Below, one piece after another: positions 9,410 through 18,716 of a DNA stretch of 64,000 nt (positions are counted from its first letter, which is position 1; every line of letters starts with the position of its first letter). Position numbers and translations under genes: made by a program. A model generated the notes under the pieces. That model was given only the letters and a program-made list of their open reading frames with translations, did not search any database and had not been told where the DNA came from. Source of the DNA: a virus; the IMG/VR virus record IMGVR_UViG_3300021375_001810. One strand, written 5' to 3'.

Positions 9410-11645
9410 ACCAAGTAAGGAACTACAGTTAGTTTTTGATAAAGCAATAAGTGATGCTAAGTCGCTTCAGCATGAGTATGTTACACTGGAGCATATCATG
9501 TTTGCCATGCTTTGTTCTGAGAACTTTTACAATATAGTTCAAGGATACGGAGCAGATCCTGATTTTGTAAAATCAAACTTAGAACATTACCTTAAAGAAA
9601 AACTTGGTGATATTAAAACTGAAGAAACAAAATATAAGCCAAAGAAAACATCATCTGTAGAACGTGTTCTTAATAGAGCATTTACACAAGTGTTATTTAG
9701 TGGCCGTCCTGAAATTACACTTCCTGACGTTATGTTAAGTTTGCTTAGTGAAAAGAAATCAATGGCTACTTACTATCTTGAAGAAGTAGGTATTACAAAA
9801 GAAAAATTTGCTGAATATATTAATTCAGAGTTCGAAGCTGAATACGAAGACGAAGAAATAAGCGGAGCTGCACAAAAGGCTTTACGTGCATTTACTACAA
9901 ACTTAAATGACGATGTTAAAAAGAACAAAGTTGATCCTGTTATTGGGCGAGCTGAAGAACTAGAATCGCTTGCATTGGCACTAGGTCGTAGAAGTAAAAA
10001 CAATGTTCTTATGGTAGGTGATCCTGGTGTAGGTAAAACAGCAATCGCCGAAGGCCTTGCATATAACATCGTTAATGACAATGTACCTGATTTCTTAAAA
10101 GAATTTAGTGTGTACAATCTTGACATTGGTAGTATGCTTGCTGGTAGTAAATATCGAGGCGACTTCGAAGAGCGTTTTAAACTTGTATTGACAGGCTTAA
10201 AAAGCAAAGGCAAAACTATTATGTTTATTGACGAAGCTCATATGATGAGTGGAGCAGGAGCTGCAGGTAGCAATAGTGCAAACGACTTAGCAAACATGCT
10301 AAAGCCTGCTCTTGCTAAAGGTAACATTAAAGTTGTTGCGTCAACTACGTGGGAAGAATATCGTAAATATTTTGAAAAGGACCGTGCATTAATGCGTAGG
10401 TTCCAACGTGTAACAATTGACGAGCCTAGTAATGAAGTCACTAAAGATATTTTGCGTGGTATTAAGAAATACTATGAGGACTATCATGCAACTACTATTA
10501 CAGACTCAGCAATTGATGCGGCTGTAAAATTAAGTGTAAAGTATCAATCAGATAAGAAATTACCTGATAAAGCAATTGACTTGCTTGATGTAGCATGTTC
10601 AAGATTTAAACTGTCTAATACTCCTGAAGGAGAGCGTACAGTTAGCGAAGAAGAAGTACAATTTGAACTTAGTAAAATGATTAACATTCCAACTGAACAA
10701 GTTGCTGAAAAAGAATCTGGAAACTTAGTTAATCTTGATAAAAATATTAAGAAAGTTGTATATGGGCAAGACACTGCTGTAGACGAAGTTGTTGATAAGA
10801 TACTTGTTAGTCAAGCAGGACTAAAGTCAGAAGATAAGCCTGTGGGTTCATTTGTGTTTATGGGACCAACTGGTACTGGTAAAACAGAAACAGCAAAAGC
10901 ACTATCAAACGAATTAGGTGTTAAACTTGTTAGATTTGATATGAGTGAATATCAAGAAAAACATGCTGTAGCAAAACTAATTGGTTCTCCTCCAGGTTAT
11001 GTAGGACACGAAGAAAATGCAGGTTTGTTAATTACAAAACTTCAAGAAAATCCTAACTGTGTATTACTACTAGACGAGATCGAAAAAGCACACCCTGATG
11101 TTTCACAACTGTTGTTACAAATTATGGACAACGGTAAAGTTACTGGTTCAAATGGTAAAGAGGCAGACGCCCGTAATAGCATTATTATCCTTACAACTAA
11201 CTTAGGTGCTAAACAAGCAGAAAAGAATTCAATCGGATTTGGTGACGAACAAGAAGAAGTTTACGAAGATACTGAATTGAAAAAGTTCTTTGCTCCAGAG
11301 TTTAGAAACAGACTTGACGGTGTAATTACATTTAACAAACTTGGTAAACCTGTAATGATGAAAATTGTTGGCAAGTTTCTTGTTGAACTTAAAAATATGG
11401 TTAAGGACAAAGGAGTTGTTATTAACATTACAGATGAAGCACTAGACTACTTAGTGGATAAAGGCTTCGATCCAAAGATGGGGGCAAGGCCATTACAACG
11501 TGTTATTGATAAAGAAATTAAAAGACCTTTATCAAGAGAATTGTTATTCGGTAAATTAAAAACTGGTGGAACACTAACAATCGACATTGTAAACGGTGAG
11601 GTCTCTCTAAATGTATTAGAGGAATCGACAGTTGAAAACACATGA
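9402..11645 (+). CDS. clpA: ClpA-like AAA+ unfoldase
   Basis: Clp N-domain, two AAA modules (GDPGVGKT, GPTGTGKT), GSPPGYVG, IGF ClpP-docking loop, no ClpB middle domain. Confidence 0.92.
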   Translation: MVEPSKELQLVFDKAISDAKSLQHEYVTLEHIMFAMLCSENFYNIVQGYGADPDFVKSNLEHYLKEKLGDIKTEETKYKPKKTSSVERVLNRAFTQVLFSGRPEITLPDVMLSLLSEKKSMATYYLEEVGITKEKFAEYINSEFEAEYEDEEISGAAQKALRAFTTNLNDDVKKNKVDPVIGRAEELESLALALGRRSKNNVLMVGDPGVGKTAIAEGLAYNIVNDNVPDFLKEFSVYNLDIGSMLAGSKYRGDFEERFKLVLTGLKSKGKTIMFIDEAHMMSGAGAAGSNSANDLANMLKPALAKGNIKVVASTTWEEYRKYFEKDRALMRRFQRVTIDEPSNEVTKDILRGIKKYYEDYHATTITDSAIDAAVKLSVKYQSDKKLPDKAIDLLDVACSRFKLSNTPEGERTVSEEEVQFELSKMINIPTEQVAEKESGNLVNLDKNIKKVVYGQDTAVDEVVDKILVSQAGLKSEDKPVGSFVFMGPTGTGKTETAKALSNELGVKLVRFDMSEYQEKHAVAKLIGSPPGYVGHEENAGLLITKLQENPNCVLLLDEIEKAHPDVSQLLLQIMDNGKVTGSNGKEADARNSIIILTTNLGAKQAEKNSIGFGDEQEEVYEDTELKKFFAPEFRNRLDGVITFNKLGKPVMMKIVGKFLVELKNMVKDKGVVINITDEALDYLVDKGFDPKMGARPLQRVIDKEIKRPLSRELLFGKLKTGGTLTIDIVNGEVSLNVLEESTVENT

Positions 11646-12279
11646 TACAACTAAACTTTTTTACGATCAATACGTATACAAACTAGTAATCAATAACGGT
11701 TTAGCCGACATATTTCGGAATAAAAATCTAACTCATGCAAGAATGGTACTTGACAAGTTAGATAGTGCCGAGCAAGACGGTGAACCGTTAGTTGTACAAC
11801 GTATGCGTAGAGAGATTCCTGTAACAACAGCTCACTTTAATGACGCAAAAAAGTTAATTCGATTCTTGTATAACTTTGACGACTATACATTACGTATTGA
11901 ATTATCTCATATGAGTATATATTCTAACTCAAAAGAATGGCTTACATCTATTAAGAATACACTAACTCCTGAGTGTTTTAGAGAGTTTTGGGAGCCTAAC
12001 TCAGCATATACACTTAAACCTAATGTTATTATAACTGACTCGTATCCTGACTTTGATTATAAAGTTACTTTAGGCAGAGCTAAAGGTACTCCTGAATTTG
12101 CTAAATTTGTACATAATAACCCTAATTTAATTAAGGCAGGTCCTACTCTAATTAGAAAGTGTGAAGAAAGCAGTTATGTAGACGGATATTATTTTTTTGT
12201 TAGAGATGAGAAAAGTCTTGCATTAATTAATCTATTTCTAAGTAATATTCGCCGCATCGACAAAATTGTAGCTATGTAG
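11632..12279 (+). CDS. Hypothetical protein
   Basis: 215-aa ORF, TTG start with SD GAGGA. Confidence 0.75.
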   Translation: MKTHDTTKLFYDQYVYKLVINNGLADIFRNKNLTHARMVLDKLDSAEQDGEPLVVQRMRREIPVTTAHFNDAKKLIRFLYNFDDYTLRIELSHMSIYSNSKEWLTSIKNTLTPECFREFWEPNSAYTLKPNVIITDSYPDFDYKVTLGRAKGTPEFAKFVHNNPNLIKAGPTLIRKCEESSYVDGYYFFVRDEKSLALINLFLSNIRRIDKIVAM

Positions 12280-12286
12280 TATTTTA

Positions 12287-12294
12287 GATAAATA
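12287..12294 (+). promoter_or_regulatory. Late promoter box (GATAAATA), 5 nt before the ATG
   Basis: Box-CTTAT-ATG with no SD. Confidence 0.65.
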
Positions 12295-12299
12295 CTTAT

Positions 12300-12668
12300 A
12301 TGGCACAGAGCGAAACAATATTATCAAATCAATCACATCCAGGTGATAGTACAATAGAATCTCACACAGGTGAAAAGTACAAGGGTGACGGTTATTATGG
12401 CCGTGCAGACGGTTTACATACCGTACAATATAACATAACTGGGTTCCAAGGTAAGATTAAAATGCAGGCAACACTTGCAATTGACCCAACTTCTAATGAT
12501 TGGTTTACATTAGATTCAACAGAACACGAAACTATTGGATTTGCTAACGATAGTGCAACTGCAACAGGTTCACATATAAAAAACTTTACAGGAAACTATG
12601 TATGGGTAAGAGCTGTTGTAAGTAGTTGGACAGATGGAACAGTTACTAGCATTCAATTAAATCATTAA
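12300..12668 (+). CDS. Hypothetical late (beta-rich) protein
   Basis: 122-aa ORF directly after a late box. Confidence 0.75.
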   Translation: MAQSETILSNQSHPGDSTIESHTGEKYKGDGYYGRADGLHTVQYNITGFQGKIKMQATLAIDPTSNDWFTLDSTEHETIGFANDSATATGSHIKNFTGNYVWVRAVVSSWTDGTVTSIQLNH

Positions 12669-12677
12669 GGAAGCATC

Positions 12678-13274
12678 ATGGAACATTTTATAAGAGTAGT
12701 AATGGAAAAACAGGACACACTAAGCGAAGGCTTAAATGAATCAGTATTTCCAGGAAGTTATGTATTTGAATCAGAGCAAGGTGCTACAATATTTGAAATG
12801 CCTTTAGCAAAAGAACTTACATCAGAAGAAGCAGACGAATTTGCACAAAAATTAAGTGAATATGTATTTGATCAAGGTTACAATGATTTTGACATTGAAA
12901 TATCTACAAATGATAAACTTGACGAAGACGAAGAAACATACGAAGACGATGATGACTTTTTTGAAGAATATGGTGTTTTGTGGTACAACGAAGATGATGA
13001 CCCGATAGACGAAGCAGAATACCGAGGACGTAAAGTTAAATTAGGCAAGCCTATGCAAGGTGATGTTAAGAAGTTTAAAGTTTATGTTAAAGACCCAAAG
13101 ACAGGTAATGTTAAAAAAGTAAACTTTGGACACGGTGGTAGTAGTGTTAAAGGTAAGTCAATGAAGATTAGAAAAAATAATCCGGCTGCAAGACGTTCAT
13201 TTAGAGCAAGACATAATTGCGACAATCCGGGCCCAAGAACAAAAGCAAGATACTGGTCATGTAGGAAGTGGTAA
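12678..13274 (+). CDS. Probable virion-internal protein: acidic N-terminal part and basic C-terminal module
   Basis: ...IDE/AEYRGRKVKLGKP...RARHNC...ARYWSCRKW module. Confidence 0.7.
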   Translation: MEHFIRVVMEKQDTLSEGLNESVFPGSYVFESEQGATIFEMPLAKELTSEEADEFAQKLSEYVFDQGYNDFDIEISTNDKLDEDEETYEDDDDFFEEYGVLWYNEDDDPIDEAEYRGRKVKLGKPMQGDVKKFKVYVKDPKTGNVKKVNFGHGGSSVKGKSMKIRKNNPAARRSFRARHNCDNPGPRTKARYWSCRKW

Positions 13275-13275
13275 T

Positions 13276-13632
13276 ATGCGTATTGACGAGTTAGGAAATA
13301 ATAATAGTAATTTAAGATTAGATTTTGATAACGTAGAAGACTTATGTATTTTTATACGTAATAATCCTATGTTTTATCGTAAGCAATTTTTCCCATGTAT
13401 GGCTAATATATCTGATAAACTTGATGCAGGTAAAAAATGTGATCCAGTTAAAGACATAGGTCCATGCGTTGATAATGCTTGTGACGCTTATTGTGATACA
13501 TATGATTTGCCACATGACTCTAAGACATTATTTCCGGTAGACGACAGACGTGCTGCAATAGAAAAACTATATGCAGAAGAAATGCCTAATGTTAAAAAAG
13601 GAATGTATAAGGCTGAATCATCATGTTCGTAA
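13276..13632 (+). CDS. Hypothetical late protein
   Basis: 118 aa, begins MRIDEL. Confidence 0.7.
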   Translation: MRIDELGNNNSNLRLDFDNVEDLCIFIRNNPMFYRKQFFPCMANISDKLDAGKKCDPVKDIGPCVDNACDAYCDTYDLPHDSKTLFPVDDRRAAIEKLYAEEMPNVKKGMYKAESSCS

Positions 13633-14555
13633 GAGAATTATTTGAAGCAGAAAAGAAAGTAGCGGTTGCGGCATTTGGTCGTATGAATCCACCTACTATT
13701 GGACATGAAAAACTTGTAAACAAAGTAAAAAGCCAAAGCGGCGATCATTATATCTTCCTAAGTCAAACACAAAAACCAAAAGATAATCCACTACCGTTCG
13801 ATGAGAAATTAAGATTTGCCAAAGAATTTTTTCCCGGTGTTAACGTAGGACATCCGCAAGTACGTACACCAATTCAAATGTTACAACTATTAGAAAAGTT
13901 AGGATATACTGATATTGTATATGTTGCAGGTTCTGATAGAGTAGAAAGTTTTGATAAACTGTTTAACGATTATAACGGTAAAGAATATAACTTCAATAGT
14001 ATTAAAGTAATAAATGCAGGCGAACGTGATCCGGATGCAGAAGGTGCTGAAGGCATGAGTGCAAGTAAGATGAGAGCGGCTGCCGCTCAAGGAGACTTAG
14101 ATTCATTTACTCAAGGTGTTCCTAAACTAGCAGCTGCAGAAGAAATGTATAATGCTGTACGTAAAGGTATGGGAATTAAAGACGAAGTTCCTGCAAACGA
14201 AATATTAGGCTTTGCTACCAAAAGCCCAAAACGTGCAACTATAAAAGTTAAAAAACGTCCACCAGAAGAAGATAGTGTAAAAGATAAAATTGCAAAACGT
14301 AGAGCAATGGCTGCTAAAGGAAATTCTCGTGCGTTTAAAGCAGGCGCACTAGATGAAGGCGACTTAGTAGTAGATAAAGGATCATTAATATCATACCTAC
14401 GTGATATGATACAAAAATACGTTATGGAAGAAAACGATGTTGAAAAACTTTCTCAACTATTAAAATTTATGGTAGGTAAAGAGATTAAGTCGCACGGTGA
14501 TAAAAGATACCGTATTACTTCTGAAGATATAGTTGAGGCTTTAGATCGTGGATGA
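13623..14555 (+). CDS. HUP-fold nucleotidyltransferase (cytidylyltransferase-like) with C-terminal extension
   Basis: FGRMNPPTIGH (HIGH-like), VAGSDR and MSASKMR. Confidence 0.85.
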   Translation: MFVRELFEAEKKVAVAAFGRMNPPTIGHEKLVNKVKSQSGDHYIFLSQTQKPKDNPLPFDEKLRFAKEFFPGVNVGHPQVRTPIQMLQLLEKLGYTDIVYVAGSDRVESFDKLFNDYNGKEYNFNSIKVINAGERDPDAEGAEGMSASKMRAAAAQGDLDSFTQGVPKLAAAEEMYNAVRKGMGIKDEVPANEILGFATKSPKRATIKVKKRPPEEDSVKDKIAKRRAMAAKGNSRAFKAGALDEGDLVVDKGSLISYLRDMIQKYVMEENDVEKLSQLLKFMVGKEIKSHGDKRYRITSEDIVEALDRG

Positions 14556-14763
14556 ACTTGCACAAATAGTAAAGTTAGCCGGGGTTAATGAGTTTAAAGG
14601 ATATCAAGAATATACTTTAGAGAACATGAGTCATACTGCTACTGAACTAAAGCAAAAAGAAAGAGAAATGGGTATAAAGCCCGGAGACCAAGAATGGTTT
14701 AAATTATGGTTTAGTTTACCTTATATGAACGGACCAGTAAAGTTTAGAGGACGTACAAAATGA
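14548..14763 (+). CDS. Hypothetical late protein
   Basis: 71 aa, KLAGV motif, overlapping neighbours. Confidence 0.7.
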   Translation: MDELAQIVKLAGVNEFKGYQEYTLENMSHTATELKQKEREMGIKPGDQEWFKLWFSLPYMNGPVKFRGRTK

Positions 14764-15782
14764 ATCTTCGTCAGTTATTTGAAAGAGGAAGAATTGTTCC
14801 AGGTGTTAACACTACGCCTGATGTTGGTCCTAACGAAATTAAAAAACAAGCTGCAAAGTTTGGATTTAAAGTAGACAAAGACGGCAGACCACAAAATCAT
14901 CCTAAAAAAGTAAAAGGTTCTAAAACGAATGTTGCATTTAACTTAGGCATGACTGAAGGCAACATGCTTGCTAATCCTAAAAATACATTCCTTACAAAAG
15001 CAGATACAGCATACGACTTTATTAAAGTAGGTACAAACTTAGCAAACTTAAAAGATGTTCCAGCAGGCGGAAATATGGACGAGCCAGACATAATGATTGC
15101 TCCATACGCAGGTGCTAAAGAAATGAAGTATCTTATGAAGCAACTTAATCGTATTGGTTATAAAACACAAGATGCTCAAGGCTACCAAGATGCACACTAT
15201 GACGAAGAGCCAACTGGTGGAGAAGCACCTCCACAAATGAAGGGGCAAGGTCCATTAGGTAAAATTAAAATATCTAAGTTACGTGGTGTGCAAAAAGAAA
15301 GAACATACGAAAAGTTAGCAAAGCAACTTGAACGTGTATTAGAAGACGACTATGCTCCATTACAAATTGACCGTAAAGGTAGAGTGATTAACGGACATCA
15401 CAGACTAGATGCATTGCGTTTAGTAGGCGAAGAATATGCTCGTGTGCATATGATTGATGACGTAGTAGAAAACGTAAAAGAAACTTATGCTGATGATCAA
15501 AGAGAGAAAACAAAACGTCAATTAGCTAAACACGATAAAGCAATGGTTAAGTCAGCTCGTGATTCTATTAAGAAATACGAAAAAGATAAAGAACAAAAAA
15601 CAGATGAAAACTTTGCTGACGGTAAGAAAAAAGGCAAAAGCAGACCTGGTAGAGTTAAGAAGTCAGGTGCTAGTTGTAACGGTAGTGTTACCAGTTTAAG
15701 AGCAAAAGCAAAGAAATCTAGTGGAGAACGTGCTAAAATGTACCACTGGTGTGCTAATATGAAGAGTGGAAAGAAGAAATAA
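14760..15782 (+). CDS. Multi-module probable virion-internal protein with a ParB/Srx-like domain
   Basis: PLQIDRKGRVINGHHRLDAL; C-terminal ENFADGKKKG...HWCANMKSG module. Confidence 0.7.
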   Translation: MNLRQLFERGRIVPGVNTTPDVGPNEIKKQAAKFGFKVDKDGRPQNHPKKVKGSKTNVAFNLGMTEGNMLANPKNTFLTKADTAYDFIKVGTNLANLKDVPAGGNMDEPDIMIAPYAGAKEMKYLMKQLNRIGYKTQDAQGYQDAHYDEEPTGGEAPPQMKGQGPLGKIKISKLRGVQKERTYEKLAKQLERVLEDDYAPLQIDRKGRVINGHHRLDALRLVGEEYARVHMIDDVVENVKETYADDQREKTKRQLAKHDKAMVKSARDSIKKYEKDKEQKTDENFADGKKKGKSRPGRVKKSGASCNGSVTSLRAKAKKSSGERAKMYHWCANMKSGKKK

Positions 15783-15784
15783 TA

Positions 15785-15985
15785 ATGTTTAGCAAACAAT
15801 GTAAATTACACTTAGATGAAAAAGGCGAAACAGGACTAGAACACATGAAAGAAGCACTAAGAGCTGCTGTTAGATTACAATTACTTGTACCAGCACTAGT
15901 AGTACACAGTGTTGCACCTAGGTTCTTTACAGATACAGCAACAAGAGTAATGAAAGATATTTTGCACGAGCGTAAAGATGCATAA
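15785..15985 (+). CDS. Small hypothetical protein
   Basis: 66 aa, HL..GET..EH...VHSVAPRFF pattern. Confidence 0.7.
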   Translation: MFSKQCKLHLDEKGETGLEHMKEALRAAVRLQLLVPALVVHSVAPRFFTDTATRVMKDILHERKDA

Positions 15986-15988
15986 ATA
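15981..15988 (+). promoter_or_regulatory. Late promoter box (CATAAATA)
   Basis: TAAATA box upstream of 16015. Confidence 0.6.
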
Positions 15989-16014
15989 CAATATAAGTTA
16001 ATTCGGGATTTAAA

Positions 16015-16761
16015 ATGAAGATATACGAAATTACATCAATTAAAAATAAGTCAAATCAATTAGACGAAGCATTACCTGCATTATTAATACCCGGTATTAT
16101 TGCAGGAGCAAGAATTGCTGGTCCTTGGTTAGCAAAACAGGGTGCAAAGATAATTGCAAAAAGAGGTGCGGCAGCCGCAGGCGCAAAAGAATTAGGCAAA
16201 CAGGCTGCTAAACAAACTGCTAAAGGCGCAGGTGCTGTTGCAAAAGGTGTTGCTAAAGCACCAATTAAGCACCCAGTTGCAACTGCTACAGTAGGTGGCG
16301 GAGCATATGTTGCTAAGAAAGCAGGCGATGCAATTGACGCTGTTGGTGATAATATTGACGAGTTAATAGCAAAAGGTGCAGATAGTATCGATGCTATAAA
16401 AGATCAAATAACTGCCGCATTGGGTGGTCCAGGATTTGCTAAAGTTGCAGCTTTTGCATCTAAATATGCAATTCCAGGGTTAGCTGCTGTTGCTATACTA
16501 TACGGTGGTAAAAAGATTTGGGATTATGCTACTAAAGCTGGTGAATCAGATCTTGCAACAGAGAGTGCTACTGTAGGTGCTACAGCATCAGGTAACGTGG
16601 CATCAGTTGCTAATCCAATTGCAGCTAATGCTAAAATAAAACGTGATAAAAATGGCGTTCCAATAGCGCCACAAAAGAAAAATAAAGACGGAACCGCTAT
16701 TAATGCACTTGATATGAAAAATAATATCATGGGCGGCAAAGCAATTAAGAGGGTACAATAA
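16015..16761 (+). CDS. Ala/Gly/Lys-rich probable virion-internal protein
   Basis: MKIYEI...LDE leader followed by hydrophobic and amphipathic segments. Confidence 0.7.
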   Translation: MKIYEITSIKNKSNQLDEALPALLIPGIIAGARIAGPWLAKQGAKIIAKRGAAAAGAKELGKQAAKQTAKGAGAVAKGVAKAPIKHPVATATVGGGAYVAKKAGDAIDAVGDNIDELIAKGADSIDAIKDQITAALGGPGFAKVAAFASKYAIPGLAAVAILYGGKKIWDYATKAGESDLATESATVGATASGNVASVANPIAANAKIKRDKNGVPIAPQKKNKDGTAINALDMKNNIMGGKAIKRVQ

Positions 16762-16762
16762 A

Positions 16763-17539
16763 ATGGCTAAAGTAGATCCAGACAAAAAACCTAAAGGAGC
16801 ATTTGCTCAAGGGTTTGCAAAAGGTTACCAAGTAACAGGTAAAGTAACAGATCCTGACTCATTACGTAAAGGTATTACAGGGTTAGGTAAAAGCATAACA
16901 ACTCCAGATGATGAGAAAAACAAAATGAAAGTTACTGCCGCAGACAAGAGAATGAATACTGTTGCATATCAAAGATTAATGAAAGGCGACCCACGCTATG
17001 TGGATGCCATTAAAGAAGGTCTTGCTGATAAAGCAGACATGGCTGAACGTGACCATGAAGTACAAATGGCTCGTGCAGACTTATACAAGATTGCAAAGTA
17101 TGCTATTGAACTACACGACATGATGAAAAAAGTTACAGAAGCAGAAGGTATTGAAGGTTGGCAACAGGCTAAAATTACTAAAGCGGCAGACTACATGAGT
17201 AGCGTTTTCCATTCATTAGATTATGATTTAAGATTTAACGAACCTCAAGAACCTACAGTTGAAGGCAAAAGCCCACACAAAAAAGGTACTAAAAAATATA
17301 AAGCACACATGGCTGCTATGCATGCCGAAAGTGTAAAAGATCCGTATAAAAAAGGATTAATGGATAAACTACACGAAGCAAAACAAAGTGTTTGTAAAGA
17401 GTGCGGGAATCCAAGTTATACTACACTCCCAGAAGAAAAGCAAAAAGGTGTTGATGGCAAAGTATGCTGGAAAGGCTACAAGCGTATGGGCACTAAGAAA
17501 AAAGGCGGTAAGACTGTAGATAACTGCGTGAAGATGTAA
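16763..17539 (+). CDS. Multi-module probable virion-internal protein
   Basis: DHEVQMAR...WQQAKITKAADY and CWKGYKRMGTKKKGGKTVDNCV modules. Confidence 0.7.
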   Translation: MAKVDPDKKPKGAFAQGFAKGYQVTGKVTDPDSLRKGITGLGKSITTPDDEKNKMKVTAADKRMNTVAYQRLMKGDPRYVDAIKEGLADKADMAERDHEVQMARADLYKIAKYAIELHDMMKKVTEAEGIEGWQQAKITKAADYMSSVFHSLDYDLRFNEPQEPTVEGKSPHKKGTKKYKAHMAAMHAESVKDPYKKGLMDKLHEAKQSVCKECGNPSYTTLPEEKQKGVDGKVCWKGYKRMGTKKKGGKTVDNCVKM

Positions 17540-17541
17540 TT

Positions 17542-18108
17542 ATGGCAGACGACTTTTACAAAATGAGTTCAATGATGAAGGATTTATTTCCTTCAAATCC
17601 TCAAGCAGATAGAGAAGCACTAATGGGTATGGCTAATGGCGGGCAACCGCAACAAAGTGCTGAATCCACAAAAAACTATGTGCAAGAAAGTGTAGATGTA
17701 CCACAGGGTAGTTTACAAATGGATAAGAACTATAGTGTAAACGATTTTGCTGCTCTTGCAGGTGTTACTAAAGCACAACCAAATCGTGTAGTAGAAACAA
17801 TAACAGATCAAGATTATCAACCAATTCCAGAAACATCAGACAAAGATTTACGTATTCAACAACTTGAAGAACGTGTATCTAAACTAGAGGCATTAATAAA
17901 AGAAAGACCATTATCAAAAGGCGAAGAAAAGAAAAAGGAAAAGATTGTAAAAGGCATGAAGAAAAATAAAGGCGATTTTGAGAAGCGTTACGGCAAAGAC
18001 GCAGAAGCAGTTATGTACGCAACTGCTACTAAAAATGCCAAAAAAGAGTCATTTATCAGAGATGAACTTTATCGTAAATTAAAAGAATACGAATTTAAAT
18101 CAAAATAA
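17542..18108 (+). CDS. Probable virion-internal or scaffold-like protein
   Basis: LAGV motif, coiled coil, RYGKDAEAVMYATATK module. Confidence 0.7.
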   Translation: MADDFYKMSSMMKDLFPSNPQADREALMGMANGGQPQQSAESTKNYVQESVDVPQGSLQMDKNYSVNDFAALAGVTKAQPNRVVETITDQDYQPIPETSDKDLRIQQLEERVSKLEALIKERPLSKGEEKKKEKIVKGMKKNKGDFEKRYGKDAEAVMYATATKNAKKESFIRDELYRKLKEYEFKSK

Positions 18109-18112
18109 TTGC

Positions 18113-18141
18113 TTGACTTCTAAGCAAATTTCCTATATAAT
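18113..18141 (+). promoter_or_regulatory. Sigma70-type early promoter for the replication operon
   Basis: TTGACT-N17-TATAAT. Confidence 0.8.
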
Positions 18142-18175
18142 ATACTAATTACAAACTAAACTCAAAGGAGAACTT

Positions 18176-18436
18176 ATGAGCAGTAGGACCTACGGCCCCG
18201 AAGAGAAGGCCAAATTAGAGCGGCTGGTAAACGAAGGCGTTACCGTGATGCAGGAAATAGAAGACTTGAATTTGGGTCTTAAAGAAACAGTTAAGGCTGT
18301 TGCAGAAGAACTAGACATTAAACCGTCTATGATTAATAAAGCAATTAAGATTGCACAAAAAGGTGATTGGGAGAAAGTAGCGAATGACTTTGACGACTTG
18401 GAAACATTGGTCGTTACTGTCGGTAAGGACAAATAA
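18176..18436 (+). CDS. Small helical putative dsDNA-binding protein (T4 DsbA/GapR-like)
   Basis: 86-aa helical pattern KLERLV.E...EIEDL...LKE...AEELDIKP..I.KAIKIA; located just upstream of polB. Confidence 0.55.
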   Translation: MSSRTYGPEEKAKLERLVNEGVTVMQEIEDLNLGLKETVKAVAEELDIKPSMINKAIKIAQKGDWEKVANDFDDLETLVVTVGKDK

Positions 18437-18437
18437 A

Positions 18438-18716
18438 GTGCAAAGCATAAGAGACTTTTACACAGATAGTCTTAAATCCGACCCCATTGCACACTATGCA
18501 GAAATGATTGGTGCTGTTGCTGTTATTATTGGAAGTAGCATACTAACATGGACTGTACTTACTCCTAGACCGGATATTTTTATACCGTTCTATTTTGTAG
18601 GTAGTTGTGCAAGTTTTTTTGGAGCATATCGACGTGGACTACCTTGGGTACTAGTACTTACAGGTTGGTTCATTATTATGAACATGATAGCACTAAGTAG
18701 GCTATATATTGTATAA
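18438..18716 (+). CDS. Three-TM membrane protein
   Basis: GTG start after SD AAGGA; three hydrophobic helices. Confidence 0.65.
   Translation: MQSIRDFYTDSLKSDPIAHYAEMIGAVAVIIGSSILTWTVLTPRPDIFIPFYFVGSCASFFGAYRRGLPWVLVLTGWFIIMNMIALSRLYIV

Noticed and set aside
1-11645. Bacterial chromosome origin for the thyX/phoH/iscSU/dnaJ/def/clpA region
   Set aside because: These genes are interleaved with endolysin and spanins, share the phage promoter motifs and composition, and lack their usual bacterial operon partners.
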